The notes beneath the pieces were generated by a model. That model ran no database searches. It was not told where the DNA came from and worked only from the letters and a program-made list of their open reading frames with translations. From positions 65,048-129,047 of the forward strand of contig JBBCHO010000005.1 in NCBI GenBank assembly GCA_037201505.1: a stretch of 64,000 nucleotides of DNA, in the 5' to 3' direction. Both the position numbers and the translations under genes were made by a program. Shown piece after piece: positions 20,634 to 31,636 of this stretch. Numbering within the stretch: the first letter of the stretch is position 1; every line of letters starts with the position of its first letter. This DNA is from Bradyrhizobium sp. GTDB taxonomy: Bacteria > Pseudomonadota > Alphaproteobacteria > Rhizobiales > Xanthobacteraceae.

Positions 20634-20821
20634 CGAAACAGCTGGACGCCTGGGCGAAACGGCTGCTTCTATGGGCCGATGGCGGCGAGCCCGATGACCT
20701 ACCGCGCATGGATTCCACCAGCGCCAAAAAGACGCCGCGCGACGTGTTCGCCTATGTGATCCACGAGGGCAAAGTACGGGCCCCCGCCGGTGCGATGGAA
20801 CTGATCGAACGCGTGAAATAA
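20634..20821 (+). pseudogene. DUF72 family protein, only the last ~61 codons present
   Basis: Hand translation KQLDAWAKRLLLWADGGEPDDLPR...PRDVFAYVIHEGKVRAPAGAMELIERVK*, which matches the rhizobial DUF72 C-terminus; no start codon. Confidence 0.8.
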
Positions 20822-20832
20822 CCGGACGAGCG

Positions 20833-21292
20833 ATGGCCAAAGCCAAAAAACTCTTCACCATCGTTATGAACAGACCCCAGCCAAGGCCGTGCTGGACGAA
20901 CTGGCCCAAGCCGGCGTGAAGTTCCTGGTCGATGTGCGCGCCGTCGCCTCCTCGCGCCGTCCAGGATTTTCCAAGACCCAGCTTGCGGCCGGACTGGATG
21001 AACGCGGCATCGCCTATCTGCATTTGCGCGGGTTGGGCACGCCCAAGGAAGGCCGCGAGGCCGCGCGTAGCAGCAAGTACGACGTGCTGGAGAAGATCTA
21101 CACCAGGCATCTGAAGACCGTGCAGGCCAAGGAAGAACTCGACGAATTGTCGGCGCTGGTCAGGAAATCAGGCCCGGTCTGCATTCTCTGCTACGAGCGC
21201 GATCATCGGCATTGCCACCGGCGCTGGATCGCCGAGATCATCGAAGACCGCGACGGCGTCAAAATCGAAATCTCGCCGCGCCGCAGCTCTAA
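20833..21292 (+). CDS. DUF488 family protein (frameshifted at both ends)
   Basis: KLFTI(G)YE, LVDVRAVASSRRPGFSK, Y.HLRGLGTP, ILCYERDH..CHR. Confidence 0.88.
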
Positions 21293-21434
21293 CATAAACC
21301 CGTTATTCCGGGGCGCGACGATCCGAAGTATCGATTCTCGAATCTGTCGGTCCGCATCGGGGAATGACTATTCGATCAAGACTGGGCACGGATTTTGCTT
21401 CGTGCTAACGACAAAACACTGAGAGATAGTACCC

Positions 21435-22390
21435 ATGAGCAGCATTCCCGTCATCGACATCGCGCCCTTGATCAACGGCTCTCCCGCCCAGGCGCAGGAT
21501 GTTGCCAAGGCGTTGGGGAATGCCTGTCGCGACGTCGGGTTCTTCTACATCACGGGGCACGGCATTCCCCCGGCCTTGAGAGCACGGGTGTTCGAGAGCT
21601 CGGCTGCTTTCTTCTCCGGGCCGGCGTCGATCCGGCAGGCGGCGGCGTTCAGCGGTCCCGGCGGCAACCGCGGTTACATCACGCTCGGTGGCGAGGCACT
21701 CGATCCCGGCAAGCCGGCCGACGTCAAGGAGGCCTTCAATATCGGCCTTGAACTCGCCCCCAATGATCCGGAGCTTCTGGCGCGCGCGCCGTTTCGGGGC
21801 GCCAATGTGTGGCCGGACATGCCGGGCTTCCGCGAGACGATGCTCGATTATTTCAACCGCGTCTGGCGGCTAGGATGCGATCTGCATCGCGGGTTTGCAC
21901 TCGATCTCGGGCTTGCGCCCGACTTCTTCGAAGCCAAACTCGACAAGCCGATCGCGACCTTGCGCCTGCTGCACTATCCGCCGGTGACAAGGCCGCTGTC
22001 CGACGGGCAACTCGGCGCCGGCGTTCATACCGACTATGGCAATGTCACGCTGCTGGCGACCGATGCGGTCGGCGGGCTGATGGTGCAGGACCGCTCCGGC
22101 CGCTGGCTCGACGCGCCCGTCATCCCCGACGCGTTCGTCTGCAACATCGGCGATTGCCTGATGCGCTGGTCGAACGATGTCTATGTCTCGACGCCGCACA
22201 AGGTGGTCAGCCCGCCAGGCTCAGATCGTTATTCGGTGGCGTTCTTTCTCGATCCCAATCCGGATGCAGTGGTGGGCGTGCTTGCCGACCTGCATCGCGC
22301 CGGACCGGCCGGCCAAATATGCCCCGATCACCGGTGCGGATTTTCCTGCGCTCGCGGCTGGAGCCGACCTACGCCCTGGCGAAGAGCTGA
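21435..22390 (+). CDS. Isopenicillin N synthase-like 2OG-Fe(II) dioxygenase (C-terminal frameshifts)
   Basis: IPVIDIA, ACRDVGFFYITGHGI, LRLLHYP, HTDYG, STPHKV, RYSVAFF. Confidence 0.93.
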
Positions 22391-22392
22391 GT

Positions 22393-23710
22393 CTATCCCA
22401 ACTGCCACACCATCATCGGCCGGTCATAGCCTTTGATCTCGACCGCGCCGAGCGATACCGCATCGTCGCCCGCCTCGCCCAGCGCATCGTGAACCGCCGC
22501 CGAAATCAGCAGTTGCGAATTGAATTGCTTGTTGAGGGCCTCAAGCCGGGCGGCGAAATTCACGGTGTCGCCAATCACCGTGTATTCCTTGCGCCTGGGC
22601 GAGCCGATATTGCCGGCGACCACTTCGCCGAAATGAAGGCCGATCCCGATGCGCAGCGGCCACGTGGTCGCTTCGTTGATGCGCTCCATCGCGACCAGCA
22701 TCTCGCGCGCCGCCGCGACGGCATGCTGCGCAGCCCCGGGCACTTCGAACGGGGCGTTGAACAAGGCCAGAAACCCGTCGCCGAGGAACTTGTTCACGAT
22801 GCCGCCATGCCGGTCCAGGATTTCCACCAGCACGGCGAAGACGCCATCGAGACGCTCGACTACTTCCTGCGGGGTGCGTAGCCGCGCGGCCGCGGTAAAA
22901 CTGCGAAAATCGACGAACATGACCGCGACGCGGCGGATCTCGCTGGCGGTGGAGGCGCCCTCCACCATCAACCGCTCGACCACTTCAGGCGATACATGCT
23001 GGCCGAACAGATTGGTGACACGGTCACGCGCGGTGGCGGCCCGCGATGCTGGCCTCAAACTGATGCCGCAGTTGAACGCCGACCGCGCCCGCCAATAAGC
23101 CACCGACCAGAAACATCGCGCTGCGGATCAGTTGAAAGCCGAATTCCGGTGCGGGTTCGCCGGCAAAAGCCGCCGGGTGATACCACATCGCCATCGCGAG
23201 CAATTCTGCGGCGGCAACGAAGCCGGTAAAGGTGGATATCCAGAAATCAAGCCGCAGCGTGGAGAGAATGATGAAGACGAAATAGGCGAGAGGCGCCACA
23301 AATCCCAGCGCCTCCGCCGGACCCATCCAGTTCATATGCAGATACAGCAAGAACGTCGGAAGGCTGGTCTCAACCAGAGCGGACATATAGCGCCGCAATG
23401 TCGGGATGTCGCCGTGCAGCGCCATCCGCCGCGTGACCAGATGGAGAACCCAAAATTCAGCCAGTATAAACGGGGTATAAACTGCATACAGCCGGAGCAG
23501 ACCGAACTGGCCGTGTGAGATTTTTATCAGTCCCGACGGCGCGACCAAAAAAATCACGGTCAGAACCGCAACCAGCAGCGAGACGGTGACGATGACAGCC
23601 TTGACGCGCAATATCTCGGTCAGCAGTATTTCGCGGGTCAGGGCCTCGCGGAAGCCGGCAGGCACCAGCGAGCGGTCTTGCCGACCCAGCCATCGCCGCA
23701 ACACCGTCAT
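22393..23710 (-). CDS. Membrane-bound adenylate/guanylate cyclase (frameshift ~23050)
   Basis: N-terminal TM region; VMFVDFRSFT, KFLGDG, RIGIGLHFGEV.AGNIG, YTVIGDTVNFAARLE. Confidence 0.92.
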
Positions 23711-23983
23711 CCCGTGGCTTTCGAGAGACGTCATCCATGCAACCGGCGCGATCGCATCATGTTGCGGGATTTCCTGATGTGGTGCGCCTTTCAAACCGGC
23801 GGCGCGGTACCGTTCGAACAGATCGTCAGGCGTGAAACTTCAACCCATCGACGATCTTGTCAATCACCTTTCGCTCGGCGCGGCCTGAGCTTCTGCCATG
23901 CTTCAAGGTCGGTTCAGATCAAGACCGCGATCTTGGTATCGAATTGTATGATGGGTTTATTCCCGTCATTCCGGGGGATAAAA

Positions 23984-24378
23984 TTACCCTTTGGCGTCGC
24001 AGGCCCAGGCGCGGATCACGCATTCCTTGCCGCCGAACTCGTAGCATTTGCGCGTGGCAGCATTGAGCGAGCTCGAAATGTGCGGCTTGACCGCATAGCC
24101 ATGGGCGCCGCAGGGATTGGCCATATCGACCGCAAACGCAGCACAGGCGCGCTTCATGGTCACGGTGGGTGGCGCAGTCGCCCTTGCATTGCTTGCGCGC
24201 GGCGACGCGCGCATCGGCCCTCGCCGGCAAAATCAAAGGCCTGGCCATAGGCGCCGCATTTGCCGATCGCGAACGCACCTGCCGCCCATGATTCCGTGAC
24301 GAACCGGGTCCCCGCCACGGCCAAGGTCAGGACAAAAACCAGCATCGCGCGGCGCTGCGCAGCAGTCGAAAACCTCAA
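23984..24378 (-). CDS. DUF4189 domain secreted Cys-rich protein (frameshifted)
   Basis: Signal peptide, GAFAIGKCGAYG, C..DC, RACAAFA, CYEFGGKECVIRAWACD. Confidence 0.8.
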
Positions 24379-24464
24379 GATCCACTCCCCGAGCCCACGA
24401 GTCCGGGGGCAAATCTAGGGAGAGGACGTTTCAACTTGGTGAACAAGCGATTGAAAAGCGCGCT

Positions 24465-24567
24465 TTAGGGCCCGGTTCTGATTGAATCAGAACCGGGCTT
24501 CTAATCTTTTGTTTTGACGCGTTTTCTTTACGCGAACCGGTATCCACTTCGCTCGAAAACGCTCTAG
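24465..24567. repeat. Rhizobial intergenic palindromic element (CTAGAGCGTTTTCGAGCGAAGTGG type) with a perfect palindrome
   Basis: 14-bp inverted repeat at 24470-24483/24485-24498, then gacgcgttttctttacgcgaaccggtatccacttcgctcgaaaacgctctag. Confidence 0.8.
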
Positions 24568-26199
24568 GGTGTGATGAGGGCCTCGCCCCGCAGGGCCTCG
24601 CCCCGCCGCGCCGCCTCAAGCGTCTGGGGCGTATCGATATCGAGAAACGCGCCAAAGCCTTCGACCGCGACTTCCGCCACCGCTTCGCTGTGCCGCGCGA
24701 TCAAATGACGGGCACCGATATCGCCGTTGAGCGTCATCAATTCGTTGAAGAAACGGCGCGACACAACACCCGGATTGCCGCGTTTGTTGTCGCTGACGGG
24801 CACCGCAATCAGATGGCCCCGATCGGGCGCAAGAGGCTTCGATCAGCCGGTCGATCAGGTTCGACGAGATCAGCGGCATGTCGCCGAGACAAACCACCGC
24901 GCCGTCGGCATTGTCAGCCACCGCCGCGATTCCAGCCTTGACCGAGCTCGCCAACCCCTCGGCGAAATCAGGATTGCGGACGAATTTCACCTTAAGTCCG
25001 TGCAAGGCTTTCTCGACCTGCTCGGCCTGATGGCCGGTCACGACGATCACGCTTTGGGCCTTCGAGGCCAGCGCCTGTTCGGTCACGGTCCGGACCAGCG
25101 GCTTGCCGCCGAGATCAGCCAACAGCTTGTTGGGACCGCCCATCCGGGTCGAGCGCCCCGCCGCCAGGATGATCGCGGCGACGTTGCGATTGCCGTCGGC
25201 TTCGAAATTCTCGCGAGGCTGCGGCCGGGTCACGATTTCCATCAACAGCCCACCGACGCCCATGACCGTGAGTTCGCCGCGCGTGACCTTGAGGCCGGCG
25301 AGCAGACGCGTCAGCACCCAATCGAAGCCGTTCTCGACAGGCGAGCGTGCGCAGCCCGGCGCGCCCAATATCGGAACGCCGCCGGCATTGGCGATCAACA
25401 GCAGATTGCCGGGATCGACCGGCATGCCGAAATGCTCGATGGCGCCGCCGATGCCGGTAACGGCGGCCGGAATGACATCGCGCCGGTCGGCGATCGCAGA
25501 CGCACCGAACACGATCACAAGCTCTGCGCCCAAGCCGAGCAATTCCTTGATCGCCGCCGCCAGCACCGTCTCGTCATGCCGCACCCGGCGCTCGGCCAGG
25601 ATGGTGGCGCCGGCGGGGGGCCAACCGGTCCGCGGTGACCGCAGGGTTTTTTCAATCACCTTGGCGCCAGTCCCGGCAACAGGGTCGAGATGATACCAAC
25701 ACGCTTGACCGTGTAGGGCGCGATGCGCAATGCGCCGCCGTCGGCCGCAGTCACGGCGGCATCGCGCAGCTTGGCTTCGACTCCGAACGGAATCAGCTTC
25801 ACGGTCGCGACCATCTCGCCTTCGACCACGGGCTTGTAAGCGGCGAGTGTCGCAAATGTAATGGCTTCATCGACGCCGTTGATGCGATCGACCGCCGTGC
25901 GGTCCACCACCAGCACGCCGGCTGCGGCCGCGAACAGATTGGCGCGGCCGGTAAAGGCGCGCTCGACATTGATGCCCTCGCCCGCAACGGCCTGCGCGAT
26001 GCTCGCGGCCGCGGCATCTTCCGAGATGTCGCCGTCTTCAGCCGCACCACGACGACTTCCTTGACGCCGGCGCGGGTCAGCGCCTCGGCTTCAACCGGAC
26101 CGATCGTGGTGCCTTTTTTCAGCACCAGCGGACCCTGGCGCAAGGTATGAACGGTGACGCCGCCGATTGCGTCCGCCGGGCTGGCGGGACCGAATTCAT
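24564..26199 (-). CDS. Molybdopterin-binding domain plus MocA-like Moco nucleotidyltransferase fusion (several frameshifts)
   Basis: GMPVDPGNLL, GAPGCARSP, ILAAGRSTRMGGPNKLL, CLGDMP, GNP, GDIGAR, DIDTP. Confidence 0.88.
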
Positions 26200-26887
26200 G
26201 CCGCACTTTCCTTCGGCAGTCGAAGCTGCGCAGTGATCTCGGCCATGATCGAGACCGCAATTTCGGACGGCGACACCGCACCGATGTTCAGGCGATCGGC
26301 GCGCGAATGCGCGCGATATCCGCATCGGTGGCGCCTTGCGCCTTCAGCCGATCGCCGCGCTTGGCATGGGTCTTTCGCGAGCCGAGCGCGCCGATATAGA
26401 AGCATTCGCGCTCAAACGCGTGCAGCAAGGCTGGATCGTCGATCTTGGGATCATGCGTCACCGCGACGAACGCCGTGTAGTGATCGACCTTGAGCGGCGG
26501 CAGCGCCACATCAGGCCATTCGGCGACCAGCGGCACATCCGGAAATCGCTCGGGGCTGGCAAAGGCGGTGCGCGGATCCACCACCGTCACGTCATAGCCG
26601 AGCGAGCGTGCCAACGGCGCCAAGGCCTGGCTGATATGGACCGCGCCGATGATCACGAGCTTCGCGGTCGGCGCATAGACATTGAGAAACAGCTTTTTGC
26701 CGTCAACCTCGATCGAGCCGCTCTTGCCCATGCGCAATTGTTTGGCCAGTTCGGCACGCAAGGGATCGCTGGCGATATCCTTGGCTTTGACCAGACGTTG
26801 CTCGCCATTGGCGGTATCGGTGATCAGGATCACCGGCCGGCGCGCAGCGCGTTCCAGATTTACTTCCGCGAGGGTCTCAAGTTTCAC
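26196..26887 (-). CDS. XdhC/CoxF family Moco chaperone, Rossmann part (frameshifted)
   Basis: LVIIGAVHISQAL, DPRTAFA, THDPKIDD, YIGALGSRKTH, P.EIAVSIMAE. Confidence 0.9.
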
Positions 26888-26889
26888 GA

Positions 26890-27212
26890 TTACCCGACTT
26901 TCTCGACGAACACGCGGATGGTGCCGCCGCAGGACAAGCCCACATTCCAGGCGGTCTCGTCGGCCACACCGAATTCAAGCATTTTCGGCTGCCGCTGGCG
27001 ATCACATCGAGCGCCTCGGTAACCACCGCGCCCTCGACGCAGCCACCGGAGACCGAGCCCAGAAACGTGCCGTCGTCATTGATGACAAGGCTCGAGCCGG
27101 CCGGCCGCGGCGCCGAACCCCAAGTGTCGACCACGGTCGCCAGCGCGACGCCATGACCGGCCTTCTGCCAGTCCTCCGCCGCCTTGAGAATGTCTTCGTC
27201 GCGATCGAGCAT
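26890..27212 (-). CDS. XdhC/CoxI family N-terminal domain protein (frameshifted)
   Basis: ALATVVDTWGSAPRPAG, GSVSGGCVEG, then GLSCGGTIRVFVE in the shifted frame. Confidence 0.9.
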
Positions 27213-27223
27213 GGGAGCCTCTT

Positions 27224-28409
27224 TCAAGCTGCGGGGCGGATGTGACTGGCGTGGCGCGGCGGTGACGAGGAAAGTGCCGCAATCAGCCCCTCGATTGAAC
27301 TCAAATTATGTACCGGGCGGAATTCGTCAACGTGCGGCAGCATCATTTTGATGCCCTGCGCCTTGGCTTCAAAACCACCATAACGCAACAGCGGATTGAG
27401 CCAGATCAAGCGGCGGCAGGATCTGTGCAGCCGGTCCATCTCAAAGGCCAGCCTGGCGTCGGCCTCACGCTCCAGCCCGTCGGAAATCAAGAGCACGATG
27501 GCGCCCTGCCCGAGCACGCGTCGGCCCCAGAGCTTGTTGAAACTATGCATCGAGGTCGCGATCCGGGTACCGCCGGCCCAATCCTCCACGCTCAGCGAGC
27601 AACTGGCCAGCGCCTCGTCGGGATCCCGGGCCGCAGCGCCCGCGTCACATTGGTCAGCCTGGTGCCGAACAGAAACACCGAAACGCGCTTGCGGGCATCT
27701 GTAATCGCATGGAGGAAATGCAAAAACAGACGGGTGTATTCGCTCATCGAGCCGGAGATATCGAGCAGCGCCACGATCGGCGCCGGCTTGTCGATCCGTC
27801 CCAGCCGATGAATATCGATGATGTCGCCGCCGGTGCGCAGACTGCCCCGCAGCGTGCGGCGCAAATCGAGCCTCAGGCCCCGCCGGTCCGGCTGGTAACG
27901 GCGGGTGCGCAATTCAGCCTGCGGCAGCTTCATCTCGGCGATGGCGCGGGTGACGGCCGCGATTTCGGCCGCGCTCATCTGCGCGAAATCCTTTTTCTGC
28001 AGCACTTCCCTGTCAGAAACCGAAAGCCGGACTTCCTGCTCCTCCGGCGGCGATGTCTCGCTGATCTGCGGCTGCGACAGCGCCTCCTGGACCCGGCGCG
28101 AGGCCGGCGGCGGCTTTTTCCTTGGCTGATCGGGCAATGGCGCCGAATCCAGCATCTGCTTCCAGTCTTCGCGGCGCGGAAGAACAGATCGAACGCCTGC
28201 GCGAAAACAAGCGCATGTTCGTGGCGCTTGATGAACACGGCCTCGAGCGTTGTGAAGACATCGGCACGGTCGCCGATCTCGATCACCTGCAGCGCATTCA
28301 AGGCGTCGATGACAGCGCCAGGCCCGACCGGAATCCCGGCCGCGCGCAACGCACGGGCGAAGCCGACGACGTTGTCGGCGATTTGGCCGGTGGCGGAGGC
28401 AGCAGTCAT
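27224..28409 (-). CDS. coxE: CoxE-like VWA domain protein (frameshifted)
   Basis: FARALRAAG, LLDISGSMSEY, FGTRLT, DWAGGTRI, ISDGL, IWLNP. Confidence 0.88.
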
Positions 28410-28426
28410 GTTAGGCCAATCCATGC

Positions 28427-28519
28427 CGTCATTTCGGGGCGCGCCACTGGCGTGAACCCGGAATCTGGAGATTGTTTCGCGAGATTCCGGGTTCGTGCTT
28501 CGCACGCCCCGGAATGACG
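28427..28519. repeat. GTCATTCCGGG-type REP-like palindromic element
   Basis: cgtcatttcggggcg...aacccggaatct...agattccgggtt...cgccccggaatgacg. Confidence 0.85.
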
Positions 28520-28528
28520 AGGTTGTTG

Positions 28529-29429
28529 TTACTCGCTCGTTTCCTTCAAAACCTTCTGCAGCGCGTCGCCCTGCATCCGCGTGATATCGTCCTGGTATTT
28601 CAACAACGCACCCAGGGTGTCGCCAACCACCTCGGGGTCAGCGAGCGGGCATCGAGTTCGGTCAGCGCGGTGGCCCAGTCGATGGTTTCGGCGACACCCG
28701 GCGACTTGTAGAAATCCTGCCCGCGCAGCGCCTGCACGAAGCTGACGACCTGCCGCGACAATTTCGCTGAAATGCCCGGCACCCGCGATTTGACGATCGC
28801 GAGTTCACGCTCGGCGCTGGGATAGTCGACCCAGTGATAGAGACAGCGGCGCTTCAACGCGTCGTGGATTTCGCGGGTGCGATTTGAAGTGACGATCACG
28901 ATCGGCGGCTGCGGCGCCTTCACCGTGCCGAGTTCGGGAATCGTGACCTGGAAGTCGGAGAGAATTTCCAGCAGATACGCCTCGAAGGCTTCGTCGGCGC
29001 GATCGAGTTCGTCGATCAGGAGCACCGCGCACCGGCCACGTCCGGCTCCAGCGCCTGCAACAGCGGCCGCTTGATCAAATAACGCTCGGCGAAGATATCC
29101 GAGGACAGCTGGTCCCGATCGGTATCGCCGGCAGCTTCCGCCAGCCGGATCGCGATCATCTGCGCCGCGCTGTTCCATTCATAGACCGCGGAGGCAACAT
29201 CGAGGCCTTCATAGCATTGCAGCCGGATCAGCTTTCGCCCCAGCGCGGCCGACAACACCTTGGCGATTTCGGTCTTGCCGACGCCGGCCTCGCCTTCCAG
29301 AAACAGCGGCCGGCCCATCCGCAACGACAGATACGTCACCGTCGCCAGCGAACGCTCGGCGAGGTAGCCGCGCGAGGTCAGGAGTTCGAGCATCGCATCG
29401 ACAGAGGTGGGCAGCGCCTGATTAGTCAT
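28529..29429 (-). CDS. coxD: MoxR family AAA+ ATPase, CoxD-like (frameshifted)
   Basis: LEGEAGVGKTE, RLQCYEG, LLIDELDRAD, TSNRTRE.HDALKRRC, PGVAETIDW. Confidence 0.9.
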
Positions 29430-29512
29430 GGCCGATGCACCATGGGCGGGAACTCATTGGAGACAACGGTCTCGGGGAGAAAACCGTCTCGATGCGCTTT
29501 GTACCGGCAATG

Positions 29513-30317
29513 TCAGGCTTTGCCGGTCGCAGCTTCAACCGCGCGGCGCGCCAGTACCGAGATCAGATGTGCGCGGTATTCGGCGCTGCCGTGCAGGTCG
29601 CTGTTCAGGCCCGCTGCCGGCACCGACAGACCATCGAGCGCTTTCGGCGAAAAACGCTTCTTCAAGGCTTCCTCGAAAGAAGTGACGCGGAACACGCCGT
29701 CCGAGCCCGCGCCGGTGACGGCGACGCGCACGTCCGACGGACGCTTGGCGATGAACACCCCGACCAGCGCATAGCGCGAGGCCTGGTTGCGAAACTTGAT
29801 ATAGGCGGCCTCTTGGGTACCGGGAACATCACCTTGGTAATGATTTCGTCGCTCTCAAGCGCGGTCGTGAACAGGCCCTGGAAAAACTCCTCGGGCTTCA
29901 GGCGCCGCTTGTTGGTGACGATGGTGGCGCCGAGCGCGAGGCAGGCCGCGGGATAGTCCGCCGTCGGATCATTGTTGGCGAGCGAGCCGCCAATCGTGCC
30001 TTTATGGCGGACCGCGGGATCGCCGATCAGGCCGGCGAGTTCGGCCAGCGCCGGGATCGCCTCGCCGACGATGGCCGAATTGGCGACGTCGGCATGTTGG
30101 CAGTGGCGCCGATCACCAGCGCGCGCCCCTTCATCTCGATGCCGTCGAGGCCTTCGATATGCGAAAGATCGACCAGATGCGGCGGACTCGCGAGCCGCTG
30201 CTTCATGACCGGCACCAATGTGTGCCCGCCGGCAATCAGCTTGGCGTCTTCATTCTTGATCAGGAGATTGGCGGCCTGCCGCACCGTCCCCGGACGATGA
30301 TATGTAAATTCGTACAT
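29513..30317 (-). CDS. coxM: Molybdenum hydroxylase FAD-binding (medium) subunit (frameshifted)
   Basis: [54 protein letters not shown]. Confidence 0.9.
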
Positions 30318-30350
30318 CAGTAATCCCTCATCGCCGTGCGCAGATATCGG

Positions 30351-30835
30351 TTACGCCAGATCGGATTTGGCCATCGCCTTGGCGCCGGCCGCGATCGACA
30401 GCACGATATTCTGGTAGCCGGTACAGCGGCACAGATTGCCTTCCAGTTCCTCGCGGATCGTGTGGTCACTGAGATCGTGGCCCTTGCGGTGGACGATATC
30501 GACCGCGGGTCATGATCATGCCCGGGGTGCAGAAACCGCACTGCAGGCCATGATGTTCACGAAACGCTTCCTGCATCGGATGCAGCGGGCCGCCATCGGC
30601 GGCGAGGCCCTCGATGGTCTTGACCTCGTGCCCGTCGGCCATGACCGCGAGCGTGGTGCAGGATTTGACGGCCTGCCGTCGAGATGCACGACACAGGCGC
30701 CGCATTGCGAGGTGTCGCAACCGACATGGGGTGCCGGTCAGCCGCAGATTCTCGCGCAGCAATTGCACCAGCAGGGTGCGGGGATCGATATTCGCTTTGA
30801 CGGGATGCCGTTCACGATCAGGAGATTTTGGCCAT
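30351..30835 (-). CDS. coxS: Molybdenum hydroxylase 2x[2Fe-2S] (small) subunit (frameshifted)
   Basis: [35 protein letters not shown]; ends MAKSDLA* at 30351. Confidence 0.92.
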
Positions 30836-30901
30836 TCAGCACTCGTTTGCTGTCCCGTCGCATATCGGCGGCACAGTCAATAGAACCAGTCCAGCGTCAT
30901 A

Positions 30902-30928
30902 ATATGGGCCATCCCGGCAATGAGCAAC
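30902..30928 (-). promoter_or_regulatory. Possible RpoH (sigma32)-type promoter for coxS
   Basis: Minus strand GTTGCT-N14-CCCATAT. Confidence 0.35.
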
Positions 30929-31003
30929 CTCAAGGCGGCATAGGCCTGTATGACTTGCCGGGACACAGCCGGTATCAAGGCGCGGTTTAAGCGCCTAATC
31001 CTA

Positions 31004-31449
31004 TTAGCCTTGTACGGCCTTGGCAAAATTCGTGAAAAACTCGTCCGCCAGTTTCTTGGCCGAACCGTTGATCAGACGCTGGCCAAGCTGGGCCAGCTTG
31101 CCGCCGATCTGCGCCTCGACGTCATAGGTTAACAGCGTGCCGCCGTCCTTTTCGGCCAGCGCCACCGTGGCGCCGCCTTGGCAAATCCGGCGACCCCGCC
31201 CTCGCCTTCGCCCGAGATCTTGTAGCCGTTCGGCGGGTCGAGATCGCTCAGCGTAACCCGGCCCTTGAAGCGGGCGGACACCGGCCCGACCTTCATCTTG
31301 GCGACGGCGCGAAAACCATTGTCCTCGGTTTTTTCCAGCTCTTCGCATCCGGGGATGCACGCCTTGAGCACTTCGGGATCGTTCAATTTGGTCCACACGG
31401 CCTCGCGCGGCGCCGCTAACTGGACTTCGCCGTTCATCGTCATGGCCAT
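31004..31449 (-). CDS. coxG: CoxG/SRPBCC family protein (frameshifted)
   Basis: VW..LNDPEVL..CIPGC, KVGPV.A.FKG, GGKLAQLGQRLI. Confidence 0.92.
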
Positions 31450-31636
31450 GATGGTGCCTCCGGAGGTCGCTTACTGCCTTGTTCCCCAAGTAAAGCACAC
31501 AAGCGCCAAATGAAAGGGGATCGGCTGACGAGGAGCGATGCATATTCGCAGCGCGACAGGCCTGCACTGATGCTGGGGGCTGAGCGCCCTGGGGGGATTG
31601 GCAGAGGCCAGCGGGGGTGATTAGGTCGCGCGCATC

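Noticed and set aside
20244-21110. 288-aa ORF as a full-length permease
   Set aside because: Its N-terminal half is antisense read-through of DUF488 and DUF72 sequence across the junction.
29513-31449. Claim of CO dehydrogenase activity
   Set aside because: There is no large subunit, so the diagnostic active-site loop cannot be inspected.
31493-31510. Sigma54 site upstream of coxG
   Set aside because: The GG-to-GC spacing is 9 nt rather than the required 10.
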